Shown: positions 49,062 to 58,045 of the stretch, piece by piece
How the letters are laid out: the number at the start of each line of letters is the position of its first letter
How positions within the stretch are numbered: position 1 is the first letter of the stretch
From: a virus
Taxonomy: Duplodnaviria; Caudoviricetes
DNA length: 60,122 nucleotides
Strand: one strand, 5' to 3'
Virus record (IMG/VR): IMGVR_UViG_3300030098_003345
Coordinates: 1-60,122 of that record
The notes under the pieces: model-generated
What the model was told of the DNA's origin: nothing
The model's input: only the letters and a program-made list of their open reading frames with translations
Databases searched by the model: none
Translations under genes and position numbers: made by a program

Positions 49062-49471
49062 AAGCATTGATATTCTTCCGTAGCATCATAACTTGGACAC
49101 GCTTTAGGTGCAAAGTCTCGGTGTCCCTGAATAGTGGCATCCGGATAAATTAATTTTAATGTTTTCAATAAACTCAACAAACTTTCCGTTTGAGCACTTG
49201 TTCGTGTATCTTTTGGAGTTTTTCCATCTTGTTCCACTCCCCCAATATAACAAACCCCAATGGAAGTGCAGTTGAATCCCTTCGTATGGGCACCACATTC
49301 ATTTATCATTCTCCCTGCTTCAATAGTTCCATCTATTAAAACACAAAAATGATATCCTATTCCTTTCCATCCTTTTGCTTTATGCCATCTATCTATGACT
49401 TCCGCATTAATGGAATCATCACCCTCTCTCGTAGCCGAGCAATGAATAATTATCTTTTTTACGTTTTTCAT
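49058..49471 (-). CDS. Endolysin, N-acetylmuramoyl-L-alanine amidase (T7 lysozyme-like)
   Basis: IIIHCSAT, IGYH, GAH, SIGVCYIGG, GHRD, KACP. Confidence 0.9.
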   Translation of the reverse strand: MKNVKKIIIHCSATREGDDSINAEVIDRWHKAKGWKGIGYHFCVLIDGTIEAGRMINECGAHTKGFNCTSIGVCYIGGVEQDGKTPKDTRTSAQTESLLSLLKTLKLIYPDATIQGHRDFAPKACPSYDATEEYQCL

Positions 49472-49490
49472 TTTTCTATAAGTTTTTTAT

Positions 49491-49829
49491 TCATTTTCCC
49501 CTTATTAAATCAATTTCGTTTTGAATATGATGGATGGTATTCTTGGGCAACTTTAATCCTATGTCACTTTCTATTGTCAGAATGCGTTTATTGTTATGAT
49601 ATAAAATTACAGTAGGAAGAAATTTTATGTTTTCTTTGCGAAATAAATCCGTTTCTTCTGAAAGGTAAATAGTAGAGATTCTTGCTCCATCTATTTTTTT
49701 AAAATCTCTGTGGGATAATTCTGAGTGACATAAAAATTTAGCAGAAAACTGCACTACACTAATGTCATCGTGATACTGAGCCTTTAGTGTAAATGGTAGT
49801 AATATAATAATATATACCCATTTTTTCAT
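49491..49829 (-). CDS. Secreted thioredoxin-fold-like protein lacking CxxC
   Basis: Signal peptide MKKWVYIIILLPFTLKA; VVQFSA..IKFLPTVILY. Confidence 0.5.
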   Translation of the reverse strand: MKKWVYIIILLPFTLKAQYHDDISVVQFSAKFLCHSELSHRDFKKIDGARISTIYLSEETDLFRKENIKFLPTVILYHNNKRILTIESDIGLKLPKNTIHHIQNEIDLIRGK

Positions 49830-50137
49830 TGTTGTCGACTTATCTGATAAAGTCTTTCATCCATTTTATCAAGGTGCTCCTTAATCTCCCGTACATCCTC
49901 TCTTACCGTTCCTACGTCAAGTTGGATTTGTTCAATCGTTGCCCTAATTAATTGGTCCTTATAATCAAACTCAATTTTTTGAACTTCGGGCTTTGGCTCC
50001 TGCATTGCCGTTGCTATATCTGCTTGAAGGGTAAAATAAACACCGAGAAGACTTGACAACCCGATAGTGGCTGCAATCATTTCTTTCACCGTTAAACTAA
50101 ATCTGCTGCTCGTATTTAACTCTTTCTCCTGTCCCAT
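49826..50137 (-). CDS. TM plus coiled-coil protein (lysis-associated?)
   Basis: Single TM followed by a coiled coil; located in the lysis cluster. Confidence 0.55.
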   Translation of the reverse strand: MGQEKELNTSSRFSLTVKEMIAATIGLSSLLGVYFTLQADIATAMQEPKPEVQKIEFDYKDQLIRATIEQIQLDVGTVREDVREIKEHLDKMDERLYQISRQQ

Positions 50138-50240
50138 CGTCTGAAATTACTTCATAAATTATTATTATATTTTTCACATCCAAAGTTGTGTTTAAAGTAA
50201 ATTCCATTTCATTTTTTATTTACCTACTAAGGTAATTTTT

Positions 50241-50525
50241 TTATAACGTGGGGTTGATGTATTTTTCCGAAGGATATTGAAACTTATTACCTGTTTCTAC
50301 TGACTCTTTATAATAATCCTCAGAACCTGCAATGCTATCTACCTCAGATTCAAGTTCATCTTCGGTTAAAAAAGATGACAATGTATATTGTTCTCCGGTT
50401 TCAAGTTCTGTTTCCCCAAAAGTTCCCACATTACCAAACAGTATTAAGCTTTCTTCTCCTGTTCCTCCATTCTGTACCATAAACCATCTATTCGGGTTAT
50501 CTCGTTCTATAATGTGATTGCTCAT
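50241..50525 (-). CDS. Hypothetical protein
   Basis: ORF track. Confidence 0.65.
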   Translation of the reverse strand: MSNHIIERDNPNRWFMVQNGGTGEESLILFGNVGTFGETELETGEQYTLSSFLTEDELESEVDSIAGSEDYYKESVETGNKFQYPSEKYINPTL

Positions 50526-50535
50526 ATTTTTTAAT

Positions 50536-52296
50536 TTAAGCTATTCCTCCGTCTGTTATAGTCCATCCCTTAGTAATCAAATTTGCTCGTGCAGTAGCAG
50601 CAGCTGAACCTCCTGTATATTTTGAAGTTCCAAAATGAGCCACAACTGCATTACTATTAGAATTATCCAATAAAATTAACCACGCATCATAATCCGATGT
50701 ACTTATCGAAGAACCGTTTAATGCATTAGCCATATCAGTAATTCCCGCAAAACTCATTCCTGATTTAAACGTAATAGAAGTGCTACCTGTAAGATACCAA
50801 CATAAATTCATCGTAGTTACTCCTGATAGGTCACAATTGCTATCTGTAAAAGCAAAAGGGGTTGTTTGTGCATTTCTGAAAGCTTGTGAAAAATCAGTAC
50901 AACTGCTTGAAAGCTCCCACCCTGAAACATTTAGTGATGGAGATGAACCCGCTATATTGTATATTAGTTGCTTTATAGTTGTTGCACTTGACACATCCCA
51001 ACTACTTATATCTAAGGGAGTCCCACCTGTCCACTTTAATTGATAGAATGTTTGAATAAAATTTGTTACATTTGATACATCCCAATTACTTACATTTGGG
51101 GGTGCGCTTCCCGGAGCTAAATCGCCACATAATGCTAATGCACCTCTTAATGTTGTTGCTCCTGACATACTACCGAAATTTGTACCAAAATTAGATGTAC
51201 CACTTGCTCCAAAATCTAATCTTCGTGTCGCATACATAAAATACTGTAAACCCGTTCCTGTTATAGATGCAGTACTCCAACTTGACAATCCATCTATTTG
51301 TGTTAAATCATTATTAACGTAAAAGCAATACTCCATTGTTGTAACATTAGAAGTATCCCATCCTGTTGTATTTAATGTGGTTAATCCCACCATACTTCTA
51401 AAAGCACTACTAAGTTTATTGAAACGAGCAGTATTTGTCCACCCACTAAGGTCTAATGTAAAAGATGCCACCCCTGTTCCCTTTTCAGCACCTTGAAATA
51501 GTGAGGCAGCATTTACTGTACCGCTACTTTTGAAAGTCCAACCATTGATGCTAAAACTTTTTACATTAGCACCACTAAACGTATTTCTAATGGTAGTACA
51601 AGCAGCTAAATTTAGATTAGGCATAATAAACTCGCATCCATTTGTAGAATTTCCTGTATTTTGGCAAACATAACTAAAGTCAGTAACTGAACTCAAATCC
51701 CATCCTGTTAAATTCAATGTTTCTAAACTATCCATATGTTGAAAAGCATACAAAGCACTACCTGAGAAATTACCTGTATTTGTCCATCCCGATAAATCAA
51801 GGGTTACAATTGAATCACAACCAATAAACATACTCCTTAACTCTGTTCCCGAAGTTGCAGTTAGATTTGTTATATCAGGAGCATCTGTTGCGGTATAAGT
51901 CATATTAAGGCAGTTTGTAAACATATCCCTAACACCATTTATCTGAGTAGTACCCCAATTAGTAAATTCGGTCAGTTTAGCTCTTTCAGTAGCATTTACT
52001 CTACCCATTCTTAAACCTGCAAATTGTCCTGTAATTTTAACCTCGTAAGTACCTGTAGAAGCGTAGGTATGCGATTTGTCAGCAGTAGTTACTCCTGTAT
52101 CAGAAGAACCATCTCCCCAATCAACATCATAACTATTAGTAATAGTTCCCTGTTGATTCCATAGGGTGACTACTAAATCAGCCTCATCAGTCAAGGTCCA
52201 TTTCATTATGTGCCTTACATCACCGCCGCCGCCGCCGCTTCCTGAAAGATTTGATAAGGCTCCAATACTATTTGATATAGCAATATATGTACCCAT
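50536..52296 (-). CDS. PKD plus DUF285/BspA-like repeat protein (candidate receptor-binding protein)
   Basis: VDWGDG..HTY..GTYEV; repeats such as WDTSNVTTM, WDVSNVTNF and WDVSSATT. Confidence 0.75.
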   Translation of the reverse strand: MGTYIAISNSIGALSNLSGSGGGGGDVRHIMKWTLTDEADLVVTLWNQQGTITNSYDVDWGDGSSDTGVTTADKSHTYASTGTYEVKITGQFAGLRMGRVNATERAKLTEFTNWGTTQINGVRDMFTNCLNMTYTATDAPDITNLTATSGTELRSMFIGCDSIVTLDLSGWTNTGNFSGSALYAFQHMDSLETLNLTGWDLSSVTDFSYVCQNTGNSTNGCEFIMPNLNLAACTTIRNTFSGANVKSFSINGWTFKSSGTVNAASLFQGAEKGTGVASFTLDLSGWTNTARFNKLSSAFRSMVGLTTLNTTGWDTSNVTTMEYCFYVNNDLTQIDGLSSWSTASITGTGLQYFMYATRRLDFGASGTSNFGTNFGSMSGATTLRGALALCGDLAPGSAPPNVSNWDVSNVTNFIQTFYQLKWTGGTPLDISSWDVSSATTIKQLIYNIAGSSPSLNVSGWELSSSCTDFSQAFRNAQTTPFAFTDSNCDLSGVTTMNLCWYLTGSTSITFKSGMSFAGITDMANALNGSSISTSDYDAWLILLDNSNSNAVVAHFGTSKYTGGSAAATARANLITKGWTITDGGIA

Positions 52297-52297
52297 A

Positions 52298-52768
52298 TTA
52301 CCAAATTGCCAAAATATCAGATGCAGTAGTTCCTGTACTTTGTACGGTTCTCACCATAATTGGAATAAAGGAAGCATCTGCCACATTTACTAATTCTACA
52401 ACATCATTACCAACTGTGGTAATCGTAAGACCTCCGCCGGTTCCTACATATAAAACAGGTCCTTCGTTTACATCCACCGAATAGACCGCATATGCTTCAG
52501 GTGTGGCAAGGAAAATATTGGCACTTAAAAGAAGTTCTGTTTGAGATTGAACCCCTGTTACTGTTGCCCAAGCTCCGGTAGTTTCATTTACTATAGTGCT
52601 TCCGGGAATAACCTTTCCAATAAACGCTGCCGTATTGTCCTCTAATTGATTTGCTACGATTGAGGTATTACTTCCTGAAGCTGACAAGTCACTTGGACTT
52701 GGTACTTGTACACCATCAGTAGGGGTAACTGCGATTGCTCTTTTGCCTTGTAATTTTTGATATGCCAT
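52298..52768 (-). CDS. Virion structural protein
   Basis: LYVGTGG..FIPIMV..TGTTASDILA. Confidence 0.55.
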   Translation of the reverse strand: MAYQKLQGKRAIAVTPTDGVQVPSPSDLSASGSNTSIVANQLEDNTAAFIGKVIPGSTIVNETTGAWATVTGVQSQTELLLSANIFLATPEAYAVYSVDVNEGPVLYVGTGGGLTITTVGNDVVELVNVADASFIPIMVRTVQSTGTTASDILAIW

Positions 52769-52775
52769 TTTGTTT

Positions 52776-52943
52776 CTATTTTCTATAGGGTATTATTCTA
52801 TTTAATGTATCTCGCCTTTTATCACATCCGCAGTCCTTACCCATTTTTTTAGAAACTGCATTTGCTACCGACTTAATACCTGTAAGTCTTGTAACCTTTG
52901 CTACGGTATCACCGAAGCCTTTTGATTTCTCATTTAACTTCAT
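52776..52943 (-). CDS. Small basic CGC-motif protein
   Basis: Start revised to MKLNEKSKGFGDT..DCGCDKRR. Confidence 0.65.
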   Translation of the reverse strand: MKLNEKSKGFGDTVAKVTRLTGIKSVANAVSKKMGKDCGCDKRRDTLNRIIPYRK

Positions 52944-53076
52944 TGCACTTACAAAGTTTATATGGGCAATCAGGCACATTAAATAGAAGTTTGCTAATGA
53001 GGTAATTCCAATAACATTGGAATTTGCACCACATCTTCTGCATCCATAAACCTAATCTTACTAAAAATTTTCCCAT
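52930..53076 (-). CDS. Small Cys-rich protein (48 aa)
   Basis: Hand translation MGKFLVRLGLWMQKMWCKFQCYWNYLISKLLFNVPDCPYKLCKCNEVK. Confidence 0.55.
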   Translation of the reverse strand: MGKFLVRLGLWMQKMWCKFQCYWNYLISKLLFNVPDCPYKLCKCNEVK

Positions 53077-53077
53077 T

Positions 53078-53293
53078 TTACTTTCTCATAAGTTTACCTA
53101 AATGCTCGTGAACCTTCTTTGGGTAATGCTTCTCTTCTTTCATAGATTTATTACCTGAATAAGCGTGTCCACTCATTTTTTTAGCCATACCTTTAGACTC
53201 GTCTCTACGGTCTTTTAAAGATTGTTTGTGTGCACCTTTGTGCTTACTTCCTAAAGACTCATCAAGTCTTGCATTATAACCTTGCTTTTTCAT
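53078..53293 (-). CDS. Small basic protein
   Basis: K/H-rich ORF. Confidence 0.7.
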   Translation of the reverse strand: MKKQGYNARLDESLGSKHKGAHKQSLKDRRDESKGMAKKMSGHAYSGNKSMKEEKHYPKKVHEHLGKLMRK

Positions 53294-53301
53294 TTTTTTA
53301 G

Positions 53302-53496
53302 TTATTTAGTTTTGCAGCCAAAGTTCTTGGCGAAATTTGCCATTTTAACTACACTTGGTTTATATTTCTTTTTACGTCTCATTACTGCACTTGCAGCAGC
53401 ACATACCGATTTGCCCGGCATATTTCTTTTTGCCCAATTAGTAAATTTACCTTCATTGGACTTTTTAATTTCTATGTTGTCTTTTTTCTTAGCCAT
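53302..53496 (-). CDS. Small basic protein
   Basis: K-rich ORF; TATCTTTG box at 53520-53527. Confidence 0.7.
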   Translation of the reverse strand: MAKKKDNIEIKKSNEGKFTNWAKRNMPGKSVCAAASAVMRRKKKYKPSVVKMANFAKNFGCKTK

Positions 53497-53541
53497 AACT
53501 AATTAGTTTAAGTACCCTACAAAGATACTAATATTTTTCTT

Positions 53542-53781
53542 TTAAGTTATAGAGGGCTTTGGTGCAGAGGGACTTCCAAGTCTCCCTGTTTTAGGATTCA
53601 ATTTTTTTAATCCCCTTATCCCCTTACTCTTTTTGTTTTTTGAGTAATCATTATTTTTAGCTTGACTCAGCAATTTTTCGATAGCCTTATTTCTCATAGG
53701 TATCTTGTCTGCATCAACATTCTTATTAGTGCTATTTAAAACGCTTTGGAAGGCTTTGGTTGCTTTTTTTAAATCTGCCAT
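53542..53781 (-). CDS. Small basic protein
   Basis: K-rich ORF. Confidence 0.65.
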   Translation of the reverse strand: MADLKKATKAFQSVLNSTNKNVDADKIPMRNKAIEKLLSQAKNNDYSKNKKSKGIRGLKKLNPKTGRLGSPSAPKPSIT

Positions 53782-53794
53782 AATTTAATCTTTA

Positions 53795-53983
53795 TTAATA
53801 CGACTTTTTCTCCATTCCGTATCCCGGATTATTTTTTATTGAACCATTCATTAATTTAGCAAAAGCACCTGCTTGTGCTTTGCCTGTAGCATTATATGGA
53901 AACTTTTTAGTTTTCATCTTGCCTGTTTCGCCGCATTTGTATTTTACCGTTGGCATAACTTCTATTTTTTTATCTTTGTACAA
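53795..53983 (-). CDS. Small basic protein (true start probably the internal MPTVKY)
   Basis: K-rich ORF; TACCTTTG box at 53981-53988. Confidence 0.6.
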   Translation of the reverse strand: MYKDKKIEVMPTVKYKCGETGKMKTKKFPYNATGKAQAGAFAKLMNGSIKNNPGYGMEKKSY

Positions 53984-54009
53984 AGGTACTAAATTAAATT
54001 AATTGGTTT

Positions 54010-54444
54010 TTGGGAAATGATTATCTAAAATATTGGAGAGTAATTCGCCAATATATAAAAGTCAAATATAATCTTACGCAATCCGACCTTGACGTAATAT
54101 TGTTTTTAAATTCGGAAAACTATTTCTCCAAAGATAAGTTTGAAGAGTTTGATAGAATATTGTCGTGGGATGAAAATAGGTTTGACAAACTCCTAAGAGA
54201 TGGATGGATAGAAGTATTCAGGGAACGTAAAGGGAAGACCAAAGGGTTATATAACCTCTCTTATAAATCCAAAAGGGTTATAACATCTATTTATAAAAAG
54301 CTCAATGGAGAAGAGATGCCAACGTCACCATCTCAAAATCCTATGTTTCTAAAGAATGTATCCTATATGGATAAACGATACCGGGAAGCAATAAAGAATA
54401 TGAATGAGTTTATAAGACAACAACGACATCTCTCTCCTGAATAA
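54010..54444 (+). CDS. Putative winged-helix DNA-binding protein
   Basis: NLTQSDLDVILFL..FDKLLRDGWIEV..YNLS resembles MarR-type wHTH; only + strand gene in the late arm. Confidence 0.55.
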   Translation: MGNDYLKYWRVIRQYIKVKYNLTQSDLDVILFLNSENYFSKDKFEEFDRILSWDENRFDKLLRDGWIEVFRERKGKTKGLYNLSYKSKRVITSIYKKLNGEEMPTSPSQNPMFLKNVSYMDKRYREAIKNMNEFIRQQRHLSPE

Positions 54445-54667
54445 TCGTCACTTGATTTCCTTTAATAAGTAAAGTGTAAGATTGTCGAGTATCATAATAA
54501 ATAATATCGTCTTTCTTTAGTTTATCTACGTCACTTCCAACCAATATTATTTTTCCCTTTTGATAACGGAAATCTTTTACATCTTCATTGGACAGAAGCA
54601 GACCGCTTTCAGTCTTTATCTCCTCCTCTATCTTTTCTATTGCTATGTTCTTTCCTATTGCTTTCAT
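54410..54667 (-). CDS. groES: Co-chaperonin GroES
   Basis: MKAIGKNIAI..KTESGLLL..GKIILVG..IIQERDVV. Confidence 0.85.
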   Translation of the reverse strand: MKAIGKNIAIEKIEEEIKTESGLLLSNEDVKDFRYQKGKIILVGSDVDKLKKDDIIYYDTRQSYTLLIKGNQVTIIQERDVVVVL

Positions 54668-54763
54668 TGATTAGATTTCTTACCTCTTTTCCTAATTCTT
54701 TATCGTTAGGAAAGAGTTTAGTTAAATATTTGATTTGCGATACAGTAAGCTCTCTTTTTCTCA

Positions 54764-54976
54764 TTATATAACAGTTTCTAAACACAGTTTAGCTAAAACA
54801 CACACGCAAAAAAATAAGATAACTATTACGATTGTATTCTGTATAGAATAGTTTCTCTCCCATTGCTCCCTACTTCTCCCCTGCCTATACTTATTGTTCT
54901 CTTCAATTTCAGCTTCCTTATCGTTTAGGATTTGGTTTTGTGGTTTAAGTTTTGTCTTCATTTTTCCAAAGTACAT
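54764..54976 (-). CDS. Small membrane protein
   Basis: C-terminal TM segment. Confidence 0.5.
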   Translation of the reverse strand: MYFGKMKTKLKPQNQILNDKEAEIEENNKYRQGRSREQWERNYSIQNTIVIVILFFCVCVLAKLCLETVI

Positions 54977-55207
54977 ATTTAATAATCTTTAGGGTTTTAC
55001 TTGTGGTAGCTTGAGCACCACTTAATTTAGCTAATGCATATAAAATACATATCACTACTATCCATTGTAATATCTCGTTAATCATTTTTAGTTTGTTGTT
55101 CCCAATTATAGGTGATTGCACTCTTTTCCACTTCCCAAGATATAGGCATATGATATCCTTCTTTTATCAATTTGCTCCTAATCTCCTTAGCTTCTTTTAA
55201 TTTATCT

Positions 55208-56827
55208 TTAAGACCCTTTCTCATAGTTGTCATAGCTACGTGCCATAGTTACAATAGCATTAGTTGATAATATTGTAACGGCAACCGATACTGCATTTTG
55301 CAATGCTTGGCGGGTTACTTTCACAGGGTCTATAACTCCCATTGTCATTAAGTACCCGTATTTCTCTTTTTTAACGTCATAACCATATTGTTGACCCTTT
55401 GCATTTGCATATATCTCCAAAGCATCCAATCCTGCATTTGCAAGAATCTGAACTAAAGGAGCTTTTAATGCGTCAGCTAAAATTCCATAAGCAGTTTTCT
55501 TCGCACTATTTTTTTCGTCATTATATTTAATGGTATATGACTTATGGTGATGGTAAAGGGCTAACCCGGCACCCGGCAGAATACCTTCTTCAAGTGCCGA
55601 CTTTACTGCACAAACCGCATCATCTACTCTGTCATATAATTCTTTTTGCTCAAGGTCAGTATTACCACCTACATACACCACTCCTATACCACCACATAAA
55701 GATGCAATACGCTGATTAATGAAATCTTTATCAATTTTATTTTTAGCATTCCCTAATGCCTCCTGCAATTCTGACACACGATTTTGAATCTCTTCTCCTG
55801 TCTCTTTATCATCTTTGACGATGACCGTTGAGTCACGGCTAACTATCACCTTAGCACAATGACCCAAATCGTTGAAATCAATCAAACTCAAGTCATCGCC
55901 TGTCTTCTCAGAATAATAAGTAGCACCTACACTAATTGCTATATCCTGCATTAATTCGTGTTGCCTATAACCAAAATCCGGAGGATTAATCGCACAGATT
56001 TTTAATCCATTCTTCATCACGTTGGCTGCAAGGGTATTAACAACATTTCCCGAACAAGGAGCTATCATTAATAATTTTTTACCCTCATTTATTATAGGCT
56101 TTAATATATTTTCTATTTGTAAGATGTTACTAATCTCCGTATCACATACCAACACATAAGTGTCTTCAAGGACACACTCATCTCGTTTTTGGTCATTAAT
56201 AAATAAGGTGGATGCATAACCTCTTTTTACTTTTAATCCTTTAGTTGTTTCGTAAAAAGTGTCTGAGGTTTTGCTTTTTTCCACCGTGACTATGCCATCA
56301 TTACCGACACTTTCGTGTACATCTGCAATTATGTCACCAATCTCTTTGTCATTGTTGGCAGAGATAATAGCTACATCTCGCAATCGTTTCGCATCTAATT
56401 TCTTTCCTTTCGTTTTTAAATCCTTTGCAATTACTTTCGTCTCGTCAACCAAATGTCGCAGCACTTCGGTTCGGTTTGTCTCCGCACCAATATATTGCGT
56501 TCCTGCATCCACCAATGCTTCAGCTAATACAATTGCCGTAGTAGTACCATCACCGGCTGAGGAAGCCGTTCTGTCTGCTGCCTCTTTCATCATCCTAACC
56601 GCAAGGTTTTCTACAGGGTCCATTAATGAAATAGACTTAGCTACTGTAACACCATCCTTAGTGACAGTAATGCCGTGTAAATGTTCAGGTGATTCTATGA
56701 GTACGGTATTCCCTCGTGGACCTAATGTGGATTTAACTGCGTTTGCAATTTTGTTTATGCCGCTAATTAATTTGTTGCGCCCTTCACCCGCAAAGTGAAG
56801 CTCCTTTGGATTGAATCCTTGTTGCAT
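55208..56827 (-). CDS. groEL: Chaperonin GroEL
   Basis: TLGPRG, VTKDGVTVAK, AGDGTTT, RVDDA, GVIDP; no GGM tail; TATCTTTG box at 56862-56869. Confidence 0.95.
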   Translation of the reverse strand: MQQGFNPKELHFAGEGRNKLISGINKIANAVKSTLGPRGNTVLIESPEHLHGITVTKDGVTVAKSISLMDPVENLAVRMMKEAADRTASSAGDGTTTAIVLAEALVDAGTQYIGAETNRTEVLRHLVDETKVIAKDLKTKGKKLDAKRLRDVAIISANNDKEIGDIIADVHESVGNDGIVTVEKSKTSDTFYETTKGLKVKRGYASTLFINDQKRDECVLEDTYVLVCDTEISNILQIENILKPIINEGKKLLMIAPCSGNVVNTLAANVMKNGLKICAINPPDFGYRQHELMQDIAISVGATYYSEKTGDDLSLIDFNDLGHCAKVIVSRDSTVIVKDDKETGEEIQNRVSELQEALGNAKNKIDKDFINQRIASLCGGIGVVYVGGNTDLEQKELYDRVDDAVCAVKSALEEGILPGAGLALYHHHKSYTIKYNDEKNSAKKTAYGILADALKAPLVQILANAGLDALEIYANAKGQQYGYDVKKEKYGYLMTMGVIDPVKVTRQALQNAVSVAVTILSTNAIVTMARSYDNYEKGS

Positions 56828-56895
56828 ATTTAGTTGATTTAATTTGGATTAGATTATTCAGCAAAGATATAAAATTAATTTATAATAATAAGAAT

Positions 56896-57090
56896 CCTAA
56901 TGCTGAGTTTTTTTCTGCTATACTACTACTACTACCTTTATATATAAGGTATTACTCTTTATACGGGAGGCTTTTAACTTAACATTTCAACATTTTTATT
57001 TCTAACTAATTGATTATCAATAGATTAATAACTTTAAAGTCAACAGAAAGTCAACAGAAAGATAACATTTAGTATACTAATTATAACATT
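56896..57090. other. Origin-like module B
   Basis: CCTAATGCTGAGTTTT, ATTGATTATCAAT palindrome, tandem AAAGTCAACAG. Confidence 0.5.
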
Positions 57091-57106
57091 ATTTCTATGG
57101 AAGTAT

Positions 57107-57139
57107 AAAAAAAAGAGGAGCATATAGCTCCCCTCTTTC
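57107..57139 (-). terminator. Intrinsic terminator
   Basis: Minus strand AAAGAGGGGAGC-TATAT-GCTCCTCTTTTTTT. Confidence 0.75.
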
Positions 57140-57171
57140 AATCAAACATCAACCACTATAATTACGACACG

Positions 57172-57375
57172 CTATAGTTTCTTAAATAAATCAATATTTG
57201 CATTCGCTAATTCGTTTCCTTCTGCAATCATCCTTACTTTCTCAGCCCTCTTAATTGCCTTTTTCATATTGGCTAATTTCGTAAGACCCATTTCAGGGGA
57301 AGGTGCGTGATTAATTAGTCTGCCGTCTTTTACTAAGTATCCCTCTTGTGAAGGCTTTAAATTCCAATCTGACAT
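57172..57375 (-). CDS. Hypothetical protein, first gene of the leftward arm
   Basis: ORF track; TATCTTTG box at 57400-57407. Confidence 0.7.
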   Translation of the reverse strand: MSDWNLKPSQEGYLVKDGRLINHAPSPEMGLTKLANMKKAIKRAEKVRMIAEGNELANANIDLFKKL

Positions 57376-57718
57376 ATCTATAAGTTTAGTTGTTCATTAC
57401 AAAGATAAGAAAAATATATTAGATATATAGGGTCTTTGGGTTCCAACAACTTACACGAGCACCACCCCCTCCCGAAAAGTGACTTTTTTTGGGCAAGGGG
57501 GGTATGATTTTTTCCGTTTTTTTTCTGATTTTTTTCGCTTTTTTTTCAACCCTCTTCCCCTCCTAAACAAACCCCCTGACTGTCCCTACTGACCGGCTCC
57601 TGCTCTCCCTTTGTTGTACCCATACATCAATCAATGGGAGCTATGTATCGCACCTACTTTGCGACGTATACAAAGTAGATGCATTGTATTCAAATTGTAT
57701 TGCTTAACCATTCATTTA

Positions 57719-57771
57719 TTCCCTCATTCATTCCCTCAATACCTTCCCTCAATACCTTCCCTCATTCCCTC
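57719..57771 (+). repeat. Five TTCCCTC repeats in the divergent non-coding region
   Basis: Copies at 57719, 57731, 57744, 57757, 57765. Confidence 0.8.
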
Positions 57772-57794
57772 CAAAGAAAAGAGAGAGAGAGTAT

Positions 57795-57810
57795 GTGTCT
57801 TTAAAGACAC
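57795..57810. repeat. 16-bp perfect palindrome
   Basis: GTGTCTTTAAAGACAC. Confidence 0.95.
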
Positions 57811-57952
57811 AGAGACAAGGAGATGTCTCTTAACCTCTGACCGACATTTTTAACGACATAACAAAACGTGGTGAACAGACCACCATTAACCGACCAATCC
57901 ACAAGGAAGAAAAGAGAATTAAACCCTCAATGAAACAATATTAAAATTAATA

Positions 57953-57983
57953 CTTGTTTATTAAAGGAATTTGACTATATTTG
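57953..57983 (+). promoter_or_regulatory. Bacteroidota sigmaA-type early promoter
   Basis: TTG at 57954-57956 and TATATTTG at 57976-57983. Confidence 0.7.
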
Positions 57984-58045
57984 TACCAACGATGAACGAC
58001 TAACGGACATCGATTAAACCTTAACTACTTAAAAACCAACAAATT

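Noticed and set aside
49059-49067. Holin dual-start motif (Met-Leu-Met)
   Set aside because: The first ATG lies inside the amidase gene, the second is ATGA-coupled to its stop, and no charged residue is added as in lambda S107
56160-56175. GTGTCTTCAAGGACAC in groEL as a full motif copy
   Set aside because: It has one mismatch, the opposite orientation to the rule, and could follow from the protein sequence; kept only as a possible degenerate site
15255-56798. Many short + strand ORFs antisense to structural genes (e.g. 15823, 20044, 38418, 56259)
   Set aside because: They are shadows of long minus-strand genes, with no leaders or recognisable motifs
57611-57853. 80-aa ORF in the divergent region
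   Set aside because: TTG start and low-complexity repeat-derived sequence; probably non-coding
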